Shown here in pieces: positions 36,767 to 48,100 of a stretch of 64,000 nucleotides of DNA. Under the pieces are notes generated by a model. It was not told the origin of the DNA and searched no databases. It saw nothing but the letters and a program-made list of their open reading frames with translations. Source of the DNA: Raja brachyura (lineage: Eukaryota). Made by a program: the position numbers and the translations under genes. The stretch covers positions 21,948,001 to 22,012,000 of the forward strand of contig OY740789.1 of NCBI GenBank assembly GCA_963514005.1, given 5' to 3'. The number at the start of each line of letters is the position of its first letter. Positions within the stretch are counted from its first letter, which is position 1.

Positions 36767-37326
36767 GCACAGGCTACAGAATTATTCCAATTATAAATGA
36801 CTTTTAGATAAATAGCTGCACTGATAACAAATAATTTAATAGTAAACAATAATTACCTGAAAGCTATTGTTATCATGAAATTAACTGACATTTGAATAAA
36901 AACATTTTGTGATATGTCAAAAAGGTTTGCATGTGTGAAAGATCTCATGTGCACACAATAGCCTGGAGTGATGTATTCCAGAACCTTCAAACTTAGCCAG
37001 CATGGAATAACACATCAGAAATAGGTTCCAGATACAATGGAATGATTTGCAGTAGATGCTTGGGAAGATAGTTTCCACAGCACAGATTCTCTTAACTGTC
37101 TACCATATTGTAGACAGAGGATTGTCAGATGTTCTGAAGAAATGTCATATAGCCTTTCATTTTAGTGGTTTGCATTACTTTTCTGGGTTACAAGCAAAGC
37201 ATGGGAATTCAGGGCATTCAGTTCCACCTTGTCAGGTAGTGCGAGTTTGCAATTTTAAAAAAAAACAGAACTTCATTTTCTAAATACTTAAGGTTAAAAT
37301 TGAAATTTGTGAAACATTCATATTAC

Positions 37327-37510
37327 CTTGGATTGCTCAGGAAATCCAAGCAAGATAACTATAAGATGATCTGCAACATGGGAACCGGCATCCAAAGGGA
37401 TAGGCATGCATGAAGTGGATCCTGAACACACAACACTATGGGTAAGAGACCCGAGTAGCAGCCATGACATAAGACGAACATGGGAAACACACTCAATAAA
37501 TTCTTTTGGA
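37327..37510 (-). CDS. UNC79: UNC79 exon
   Basis: PKEFIECVSHVRLMSWLLLGSLTH...GFPEQSK; phase 2-0. Confidence 0.97.
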
Positions 37511-37963
37511 CTGTAACGGTTGGAGGAGGAAAAACAAGGGGAAAAAAAATGACAATTAGGCATTTACACAGATTGATATGTATTTAATATTAAATTCACA
37601 CAATTCTCTCTCGCCTTTTGTCACTTATTTCCTTCAATGTATTAATTTAACTGCCTTGGTAACAGAGATAAAAGCTTAATCAAAATATTTAGAACATCAG
37701 GATAATAATTTAAAATGCCTTAATTATGTTATTTGATATACATTAAAAAGAGATAGCTTTGATTTCTAGAGACAAAGTATACATTTATTGAACAATGTTA
37801 GTTTATAAGTTCATGTGTTATAGGAGCAGAATTAGGCCATTCGGCACATCAAGTCCACTCCGCCACTCAATCCTGGCTGATCTATATTTCCCCTCAATCC
37901 CATACTCCTGCCTTCTCCCCATGACCTCCAACACCCGAACAGAGTGTTCTCCATGTTACTTAC

Positions 37964-38139
37964 CCTTGTTGCATTGCAGAGGGAGGATGATACAACCAAG
38001 GCAAGTAGCGAACAACAGCTTTGTTATCGCGATGATTTCCTTTGGATATTTCCATTGCTGCTATCTGTGCTAATCCTACTTTGAGATGGCCACCAAATGT
38101 ATCTTCATGCAAAGGCTGAGAACAACTTTTCATGTGACT
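37964..38139 (-). CDS. UNC79: UNC79 exon
   Basis: SHMKSCSQPLHEDTFGGHLKVGLAQ...YLPWLYHPPSAMQQ(G); phase 0-2. Confidence 0.97.
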
Positions 38140-38399
38140 CTGGAAAGACAGTTATTAAATTATATTAAATGACAAATATTTCAGCACAATGACGGGTGTC
38201 AGGGGTTATCGGGAGGAGGCAGGAGGATGGGGTTATGGGAGAGAGATGGATCAGCCATGATTGAATGACTGAGTAGACTAGATGTGCCGAAAGGCCTAAT
38301 TATGCTGCCATCACCTATGACCTTATAGTGACCATACTCAGTGCCCTTAGACTGCTAAGCAGTAAGATGGGTTGTGAATCAGCCAAAATTAATTTCCTC

Positions 38400-38704
38400 T
38401 TTTTTTTTTTTTTGTTTATTTTTGTTAGAAGTAAGTACAATAGTGTGGTACTTGAGTACCTAATACATACATACATATTTCCATTCTTGTACAACTTCGT
38501 ATTTTTGATTTAATAATAAAAGAACAGTGGAAGAAAAAAAGAAATAAAGAGTGTCAGAATAGATAGACAAGCGAGTAGAAACAGATAGCAAAAGAAATAA
38601 AGGACATAGAAGAGAAGCTGAAAAGATTGAAATAGAAGGAGAAAGTAAAGAAAAGAGAGATTAGGAGAGGTCTACCTATTTCGTATTTTTTCCCATCCGT
38701 CACG
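38400..38704 (-). mobile_element. Poly(A)-tailed retroposed fragment (L1/Tx1-like 3' end)
   Basis: Poly(T) on the plus strand; TSD TTAATTTCCTC at 38389-38399 and 38705-38715. Confidence 0.7.
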
Positions 38705-39356
38705 TTAATTTCCTCCTTAATCTCAATTATGTTTTTGTGATTTACATTGCAATGCTCAAGGTTGAATACGTGGATGTCCTTGTGGTAAGGCTGGTGTGTC
38801 TCATGCAACCAAACAATTGCCAATCTTCAACCCACCATTTCACTCACATTCAGTCCTTCCTCGCTCTAATGTAGCACCTAATGTACAAAAGTACTAAAGT
38901 ACATATTCACACAAGTTATTTCTTTTCATTAGGATCATCAGATAAAATGAAACTCTTTCTGGTTTAGTAGGGAGATAACAAATATGAAAAAACGTCCTCC
39001 AACTATAAACTTTGCACAGCCAGTCCCAAAGGATTAATTTAATTAAAGTAATGTAGTAAAGTAAAGTAATGTATTTTCCACCAGAGACTGCATTTGTGAA
39101 AATTAGATTTTGTGTAATCATGCAAAGAAAACAGGCATTGGACAAGAATCCATTTTATCAATAACCTTCATATGCTAAATGGTGCTGGAGATCTACCTTT
39201 TGCAGACAACATATAGGAGAACAGTATACAGATGCAATAGATGAGGTTGAGGTTGGTGCAAGTGAACCTCTGCCTCAACTGAAAGGACTGTTGGGGACCC
39301 AGGATGGATTCGATGGAGGAGGTATAAGGACAGGTGTCACATCTATTGCAGTTGCA

Positions 39357-40126
39357 AGACAATACAATACCGTTTATTGTCATTTGAACCTCAAATGAAG
39401 TTCAAATGAAATTTGGTTTCTGCAGTTATACAACAAGAAAAGAACCAAGACACACAACCAACACAGTTCACACAAACATCCATCACAGTGAATCTCCTCC
39501 TCACTTTGATGGAAGGCAAAGTCTTGTCTCTCCCCTGCTCTCCATTCTTTTCCCGATGTCAAAGTCAAAGCCCCCGGCGGGCGATGGTAAATCCCGCGGC
39601 CATTAAGGCTGCGCCGGGCGATGCAAGGCCACGCTCCGGGTCCTGACGTTGGAGCCCCTGGCAGGCACTAGCAAGTCCCATGCCAGGCGGTGTAAGGCCC
39701 TGCTCCGGGTCTTGATGTTGGAGCCCCCGGCTGGCGCTAGCAAGTCCTGCGGCCGTTAAAGCCGCGCGGGGCGATGTGAGGCCCCGCCCCAGGTCATTTT
39801 CAACCCTGCAACTCGGGTGGGAGAAGTTGCCGTTGTAGAAGCTCCGAAAAGCAGACTCCCACCAGGGACCCGCGAGCTCCCGATGTCACCGTCCACCGAC
39901 CTGCAGCTGGAGCCTCCGAGCTCCGGAGTCAGGTCGCAGACGCGCGCCTCCACAGCTCCTCCCATTCCGAAGCCGGCCAGCTCCACGATGATAGGTCCGC
40001 AGGCTCCGCGACTGGAGCCCCAGGTCGTTCCGGTCGGAGGCCGCTCCACGGTGCTAGGCCCCAACGACAAAGGAGACCCGACAGGTCGGGTCTCCGGTGC
40101 AGGGAAGAGATTTAAAGAGATTTAAG
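39357..40126 (-). mobile_element. GC-rich non-LTR element fragment with internal ~70-bp subrepeats, inserted in a Penelope-like fragment
   Basis: (TATTG)n-like tail next to TTTATTGTCA, a motif also at the Rex1 tail; AGTTGCA on both sides (39350-39356, 40127-40133). Confidence 0.6.
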
Positions 40127-40561
40127 AGTTGCAGAGGGAACGATCTTTGACAAAGCAGAAAGGGGTGGAGATGGGAGGATGTGACTAGTGGTGGAATCCC
40201 ATTGGAGATGGTAAAATGTTGGAGGATGATATGTTCCATGCAACGGCTGATGGGGTGAAAGGTGAAACCTATCTGCATTGTTCTGTTCTATGTTCTATAT
40301 CCTATGTCATTTTGCAGATTAAAAATCTCAAACTGCATAAAAAGGTTGCACTGTATAAAATAATTTCTATTCCATCATCATTGTTGTATTTCTTCACACC
40401 GAACGGGACCAATGTAATCTGCAAAGAAGTTTCTCTGAAAAACACCTTTACTGAAGAGCATCTAATTAAAATACATGACTATTATAGTTTATATTATCCA
40501 AATATTTACATGAAGAATGTTAAAAGTAAGAACTTCAGCACAAGGATCAGAGATTGCATAC

Positions 40562-40651
40562 CTTTAGTTTGGACAGTGTGTGCATATCAGCTATAAAGTC
40601 CAGCAATTCACCTATGTACTGTCGCATGCACTCCATTGCTGCAGTTGTGTA
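40562..40651 (-). CDS. UNC79: UNC79 exon
   Basis: YTTAAMECMRQYIGELLDFIADMHTLSKLK; AG/GT. Confidence 0.95.
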
Positions 40652-41759
40652 CTGCAAGAATAAAGAAAATCAATAAAGAACATGCAGTGTTACACTCAGT
40701 AAGTTCTATAAGGAAATAATTACTTGATGTTCAAGGTGAAGTTTTGAGAATTATTTGTTTTATTTACAGTTAGATAAATTAAGATCTAATTCAAATCAAA
40801 CATCTTAAAAGCCACGTCATTTGCTGAACACTAATAGTGAAGCTATTGTATATAAACTTTAATAAAAAACATATTTCCATGATACCATGCATGTAGGAAT
40901 AGTGCTCAACCCAACATCTATCCAGAGCCCATATTCCTATTTGTTTATGCAAACTTTCAATGCAATATGTATTGCCTTTCCTTACATTATAGTCATCAAG
41001 TCTACCTAATCGGCTGTGAATTGCTATGTTGTACCACAAAAGAAACATTCTGCTTGTATTTTATTTGCTTTCTGCTCCTTACTATAGTGCTACAAGGCCA
41101 CATCGCCCTCCTTCAGTTTATGTGTAGGAGTACTTTATAAAAGCTTTCTCGACAGCAACACCAAGGTCACTGCACAGCAGATGACAACATTGATATATTC
41201 AGTAGGAAAGACTTGCAGTGCAGCCACGAAAAGAAGCAATGCAATCATGTGTTTCTAGCCTCAAATATATTTCAAAAATTGTGATTAGAAAACACATTTT
41301 TATTCACAGTATTTTAACACAAAATAAACAGCAACTATATCTTAAAGAACTAATTGTTCGTCCCATTAATAAATTGAAAATTACAAAAACATATCAATAA
41401 TGATTTGCCAATATACTGTTGAATATAGTAAAATATATTGTCCATTAATTATGAAAAATGCATATTCTTTAACATTTAAAATCAATTGGTGGAATAATGG
41501 TGTAATTTGCAGACTTACGACGGACTGCAACTCATTTATGATGATTTGATAATGTGCTCAAGCTCTGCTCTTTCAGAGGTTAAGACCTTGCAACATATAG
41601 AAACAATCTAATTGGATTACAGTCTGAAGTATAACATTCATTAAAAATACTTTTTGCACACTATTATTTATAATCCTACTGACTACTTCTCTCCGAGACA
41701 CTGGCAGCATTTAAAACAGAGAACAATGCAAGATAGGAACAGGTCATATGTCTGGGCTG

Positions 41760-42170
41760 AACATGCCAAATTAAACTGAACTCCTCTGTCTGCATTGGAT
41801 CCATATTATTCCATCTCTGCATATTCACGTTTCTATCTAACAGCTTCTTAACTACCACTATCATGTCTGATATAGAGATATACCCTCTAATCCAGGCAGC
41901 ATACTGGTAAACCTCATCTGCACCCTGACTAATGCTTCCACATCCTTTCTGTGATGAGGCAACCAGGACTGTACACAATACTCCAAATGTGGCCTCACCG
42001 AAGTTCTATAAAACTGCATTATGACTCTTATATCCTGAATCTTATATTCATTCACCAATCCTAAATGGCCTACCTCCTATTCTTAAACTGTGACTATTGA
42101 TTCTGGGCTCCCCCAACATCAGGGACATTCTTCCACATTTTGCCTATCCAATCCCTTAAGAATTTTGTAT
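41760..42170 (-). mobile_element. CR1 fragments (diverged)
   Basis: VRPHLEYCVQSWLPH motif. Confidence 0.7.
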
Positions 42171-43796
42171 GTTAGAAGATAATATGTGGATAAGACACTA
42201 TTTTTCCTATTGTATGGCCCGTCTTTATTTCCAAATGGAAAAATAAAACTGAAATCTTTATAATGAAGGAACAAAAAACTGTTTGAAAAACTTTATAGAT
42301 TATTGAAAAGACAAAGGCAGGTGAGGCAGATTATTGTGACATCAATTTCTATTTTGTGTCACGTTGGATGAAATGGAACCAGAAGCTTCACAAATATTCT
42401 TAACTGACATATCGTTAACTCTCACTTTTCAAGATGGAGTGTTTGCACCAGCCTTTAAATCAGCCATGTCACCTCACTCCCAGCAAATGTTTGGTATGTT
42501 TGGTAGAAAGTGCCAAACACCTGCAGAATTAAGGCAGTAAGCAGTTGTCATCAATCAGCAACTCAGCGGAAAGTTTATGATTCCTTTAAACCACAGCAGT
42601 GTTGGAAGAGTGAAATGTGGTCGTTTTGGGCAGTGAAGGGGAATCTATCCTGCTGAGTGGATTTAAGAGAGCTGAAACATTAAGCTCCAAATGGAAACAC
42701 CATGTAAGTAAATGTTGGACAAATGACCCCATTTTGGAACTAATCTAAATAAGCATGCCATCGAATCACGTTTTGTGAGATAGTACTTCAACTAATTAAA
42801 ACAAAATACTAATGAGAATATACGTAACATATAAATGGCAGCATCTCACCCGCTGGGTTTCTCCAGCAATTTTGTCTACCCACGTTATTTAGTCATTTGT
42901 ACCCGTCATTTAGGGACGTTATATGAATTTTTTTTAAATAAGTTTATGCACGTTTTGCTGTACACTTCATACTGTAGAACACACCATAATACACTCAGAG
43001 TGATTTAATGGGGTTAGATTTTTTTTTAATCGGTTGTCTAGAATTAATCGATACCCACCCTATGTACCTTATTTCAAATTTAATTCGGAATTCCGATTTT
43101 TTGGTTTTCCTATTTGTCAATTTTCTGTGCCCGATTATTTGGCGGCCAATCAACCGCTGTCTCTAAGGGGGTTGCATCCAATCACCGACCAGCTTCTCTT
43201 AAAATTCCCGTCCAATCAACCGCTGTCTCCAAGCGCATTGTGTCCAATCACATAATGCGCTGGTCACTCCACGGCCAATCAGATGCAGTCCCCGAGGGGC
43301 ATTGCGACCAATCACTGACCAGCTTCCCTTACTGAGATACCTATCTTTATTTGACTGAGTTACTGATACAATGTGTATGTAATCATCATACCCAGTGCAT
43401 ATAGGCTCAAGATGTCCTTGAAATTTACCTTATTACAAAAAAATTCTCACGGGGGGCTTGAAGCGCCTACCCCCCCTTCCTTCCCAACCTCAGCCTCAGC
43501 CTCACAGACCTTAGCATACCCCTTGTTCCTAAAACCCATTTCCACCACTGATTCTTCCTTGCTCCTGTGATCAAACCCACTGATAATAAATATCAATATG
43601 CCAAATCCTTTCCGAATCTTTTAAAATAACCAAAAATAATTTGAATAGCAATCACCCTTTGCAGAAATTCTTTCTTCAGCAACAGCTATCACAACCTAAA
43701 TTTACAGATCAATGTTAAATATATCAATACAAAATGATTAATTTTACTCCATCTCATTTCAATACCTCCTGTGTTTACTCCTAATAAAAGAAAAAC

Positions 43797-44265
43797 AAGT
43801 TGGGAAAAGGGGAAGTACAACGAGATCTGGGGGTCCTTGTACACCAGTCTATGAAAGTAAGCATGCAGACTCTGGAGAGCTTGTACCCTCTGGAGTTTAG
43901 AAGGATGAGGTTTGGACACGCTAGAGGCAGGAAACATGTTCCCGATGTTGGGGGAGTCCAGAACCAGGGGCCACAGTTAAAGAATAAGGAGTAAGCCATT
44001 TTTAGAACGGAGACGAGGAAACACTTTTTCTCACAGAGAGTGGTAGGTCTGTGGAATTTTCTGCGTCAGAGGACGATGGAGGCAGGTTCTCTGAATGCTT
44101 TCAAGAGAGAGCTAGATAGGGCTCTTAAAAATAGCGGAGTCAGGGGATATGGGGAGTAGGCAGGAACGGGGTACTGATTGGGGATGATCAGCCATGATCA
44201 CATTGAATGGCGGTGCTGGCTCGAAGGGCCGAATGGCCTACCCCTGCACCTATTGTCTATTGTCT
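43797..44265 (+). mobile_element. CR1 3' fragment with internal deletions
   Basis: GEVQRDLGVLVHQSMKVSMQ fused to LYPLEFRRMR and the tail. Confidence 0.85.
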
Positions 44266-44741
44266 AAATCAATAAAATCAGAAATTATTTTATAAAGGTA
44301 AATGGAGTGTGTTCATCAGCTGTAATAACCTTTGGAACCTGCAAACATACACTCCATCCATATCAAGTATTCTAACTGCAGTATGTAACATTTCACCAAA
44401 ACTTCTATACACCGCCAACAACACCATCTTTAACATCTAAAATACGGGCTGCATGCTCTTGGGACGCCGCTGCCTGCTTCCTTCCAAGTCCAGTCACATA
44501 ACTCCCTATTTAACTCTATTCTGTGAACACCATACTGCAGCTTTTCAAAGCAGCAGTTCACCACTCAAGTGTAATTGAGTTATAAAACAGAGCTTGCCAG
44601 AAACAAACACATCCTCAGAAGGAAGAATTAAATATAGGTCTTTCATCCAAAATCATAGTAAACTGCAATATAATGAACAAAACAGAAGAGGATTGCTCGT
44701 GGAATGTGCAATGACTCACTGGGTCTAGGTGTAATACTTAC

Positions 44742-44819
44742 TCCAGGAACAGAAGCAATCAGGTGTTTCTGCATAATCGTTGATTCCGCTATTTTTGTTC
44801 CAGCATCTGCGCAAACAAA
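44742..44819 (-). CDS. UNC79: UNC79 exon
   Basis: FVCADAGTKIAESTIMQKHLIASVPG; AAG acceptor, GTAAGT donor. Confidence 0.95.
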
Positions 44820-46094
44820 CTTGTAAGGACAAGAGAGGTCCATTTGTTTTTACATCGGCATTCAAACTATTTATTAGTCCACTTCCATTATTCTATAACT
44901 ACAACCTTCATCTGATAGTAATCATTGATCAATACTGCACAACAAGTCCACTTGCATATTCAGTTGCAAAACAGGCCAATCATAAAACATATTCAATCAT
45001 TCTTATCAATATTAATCAACATTTTTCATTAAGCATGACGATATATATGCTCAATGATCATTAATAATTAATGAATAATATTTCAAGAAACTGATTCAAA
45101 GAGTGTTCAATTTAGGTTAATTTTCTGTCAGATATCAGTATTATTCCATGCTTTTTTTTGTAGATAAAGAAGTGTCGGTACGCATATCAATCCTTGGTTT
45201 TGGTTTCCATTGTAGATTGCAGTCCTTGTAGCTGTTTAAGCGTTTTAAGGGCCTGCATGCCTAATTGAAATAATATATTATTTTTTAAACTTCGAAAAAA
45301 ATTGTAAATTTAAATTCTAGTTTTAAACGTTTTGGAAATGCCAATGCACCATAGTGGCAGGGAACATCACAAAAAAAGCACTGTTATTAATCTAACTCTA
45401 GTCCAATGAAGTATTTCTGCCAAGAAGTACTCCCCAGTCAGAACTCTAAAGGCACCATGTGGTCAGAACAATGCTTCATGTACTTCATATACAAACCAAC
45501 GTTTGGTTCCATTGGCTTAAATGTAATTGATTTTGCAAATATTATATGCCACTACGACCAAAGAGCACTTTTCTTTTATGTTACCAACTAGAAATGAATT
45601 TCCAGACAAGGATTTGTGATTATAGAATCATTAAAAGGACAGAAAAAGGCAAGTCAGTCGATTGAGCCTCTACTAGTCAAAAAAAGATTTATCTGGCCTA
45701 ATCCTGTTTCACCACAAGGTTATAGCTCTTCCGTACACGTGCAGGTTATACCTCTTCCGTACACATCCGAATACTCTTATAAAGGGAGAGGGTTTCTGCA
45801 TATACTGGCTGACAAGATATAATTGTTCTCCCCTCTAACGTTTCTACCAATGACCTTTTTTGACCTCCCTGCGAAGGGAAAAAGCTCCTATTTTATGACA
45901 CCTCCTCTTCTCTCTTTGCACCTCAATTAAGTTTCCCTTCAGCCTTTCCTGTTGTAAAGAAAATAATTTGCTCTTGTCCCATCATCCCCATAGCTACAAT
46001 TGTCCAGTCAGGAAAACATCCATCTAAATCGGTTTTGCATCCTCTACTGTGCAAGCCCATCTTTCCTGCACTGTGATGTGGAGAACTGGACACA

Positions 46095-46395
46095 TTAGAC
46101 TTCAGAGATACAGTGCCGAAACAGGCCCTTCGACCCACCGAGTCTGCCCCGACCAGCGATCACCCCATACAGTAGCACTATTCTGCACACTAGGGGCAAT
46201 TTACAATTTTTACCAAAGCCAGTTAACCTAAAAACCTGTATGCTTTTGGAGTGTGGGAGGAAACCAGAGCACCCAGAGAAAACCCACGCAGTCACAGGGA
46301 GAACATATAAATTTCATACAGACAACACCCACAGTCAGGATCGAACCCGGGTCACTGTAAGGCAGCAAATCTACTTCCGCACCACTGTGCCGGCC
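46095..46395 (-). mobile_element. tRNA-derived SINE (HE1/V-SINE-like)
   Basis: B-box GGTTCGATCC and V-like core. Confidence 0.8.
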
Positions 46396-46697
46396 CAAAT
46401 TACCTTATGTAATTTAATTATATAGATAATTCTAGCATGACATCCCTGTTCTTGCATTTTATGAGCAAGCATCTTTTTAATCACCTATTGCTATATTTAA
46501 GAATTCACGCGCATGAACTTCAAAGTCATTCTTTCTCCACACCACTCATTATATTCCCGTTTATTATATATTCACTTGTCTCGGTGTAACTTACCAAACT
46601 TTGCCAAAACTAACTCTCTTCAATTATCATATACTAGAATTTGAAGACAACTCACAATTAAATAGAGACTATCTCAACAATTTGAACAAAGATTTAC

Positions 46698-46802
46698 CTG
46701 TACCAGCAGCAAAAGGTTGGTATCTGGTAATGGAGATTTTAATTTCAGTGCTTGTAATAATTCCAACACAACACATCGAGAGAGATAGAATTTATCCCGT
46801 TC
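46698..46802 (-). CDS. UNC79: UNC79 exon
   Basis: ERDKFYLSRCVVLELLQALKLKSPLPDTNLLLLVQ; AG/GT. Confidence 0.97.
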
Positions 46803-47207
46803 CTGCAAAATACAAGCACAAAGCACAAACAGAATTTAACAGAAAGCACCTAACAGAATTGAAAACTACTTCCAAATCAGTCCAAGTACACACTGTATCA
46901 TTACACTGCCTGGTACAGAAGCATTGATGAAATTGCTGCAATTTGTTTTACAAACACCCAATAATGAAATAACTGTTCATGTTCACCCCTCCAATCTATA
47001 AACATGAAATGCACAAAGACAGCTAGGTGGGCCAAGTGCCTGTTCCTGTGCTGTTGTTCCATATTCTGTGTTATAGTTTATTTTAATTTCTTCATCACAA
47101 GTTTATTTCTTCAGCATAATTTATTGTTGAAGATTAGAAAAAGGAAATAAAGATTAGAGTTTGTTATAACCATTGTTTGTGTCTTCTTTCTCCTCTCTTT
47201 TTCACAC

Positions 47208-47460
47208 AGGAAACACTTTTTCACACAGAGAGTTGTGAGTCTGTCGAATTCTCAGCCTCAGAGGGCAGTGGCGGCCGGTTCTCTGGATAATTTCAAGAGA
47301 GAGCTAGATAGGTCTCTTAACAATAGCGGAGTCAGGGGATTTGGGGAGAAGACAGGAATGGGGTACAGATTTATAATGATCAGTCATGATCACATTGAAT
47401 GGCTGTGCTGGCTTGAAGGGCCGAATGGCCTACTCCTGCACATATTCTCTATTGTCTATT
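47208..47460 (+). mobile_element. CR1 3' end
   Basis: Matches the tail of 35408-35831. Confidence 0.82.
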
Positions 47461-47704
47461 ATCTCTTAATGTTGCAAATTCGTTTTCATGGCGTGTTTCT
47501 TCCTGCTCTATGCCATTGAAATTCAATTCGTCTAAAAGCGAGGTACGATAGCCATTCCCTGACACTTCAAAAATTCAACCAGCCATTTTCTGTCATAAAT
47601 CACCCTTGCAACTCTATCATGTTCGCTTGGGAGCAGGTATTGTGCGCAAATTGCCCTCATCCTTAAAACAGCCTTCTCACAATTTTTCAGGTGGCAGTAG
47701 ACAA

Positions 47705-48100
47705 TCTATATAAATAAAAGTCTAATCTTGACCACTTCCTGTTTGTGTTGTATATTGATTTTGGAAAAAAGGCTACCACTTACGCCTGTGATTTTTGGCC
47801 ATCTAACTCATAGTCCCCCTCCGCTCATCAAGTGCAGAGGATTTTTCTCATCGATGAAAAATAAAAGAGTTATTAGTGTTTAAAAAATGTTGAAATTCTC
47901 TCTCCTGTCAATCACTGCCATGAATGCCATGCCCCTTCTAGGGGTGGGGGGAGGAGCTATAAAACCCAGAAGTCTGAACGAGGCTTTGTTGCTGCAAGAT
48001 GGCGAGTGAGAGGTCACGATTCTCAGTCTGAGCTGTGAATTTACAGAACACTGAACTTACAGAATTTACTGAACTGTGAGTGCCCTTTATGTGTTTATAA
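47705..48100 (+). mobile_element. Helitron-like 5' terminal segment (non-autonomous)
   Basis: A|TCTATATAAATAAAAG start typical of Helitron 5' ends, running directly into a tandem array. No 3' hairpin-CTAG found. Confidence 0.55.

Noticed and set aside
39756-40125. Pro/Ser-rich ORFs of about 100 aa
   Set aside because: Expected by chance in GC-rich repeat sequence; no domain or splice context.
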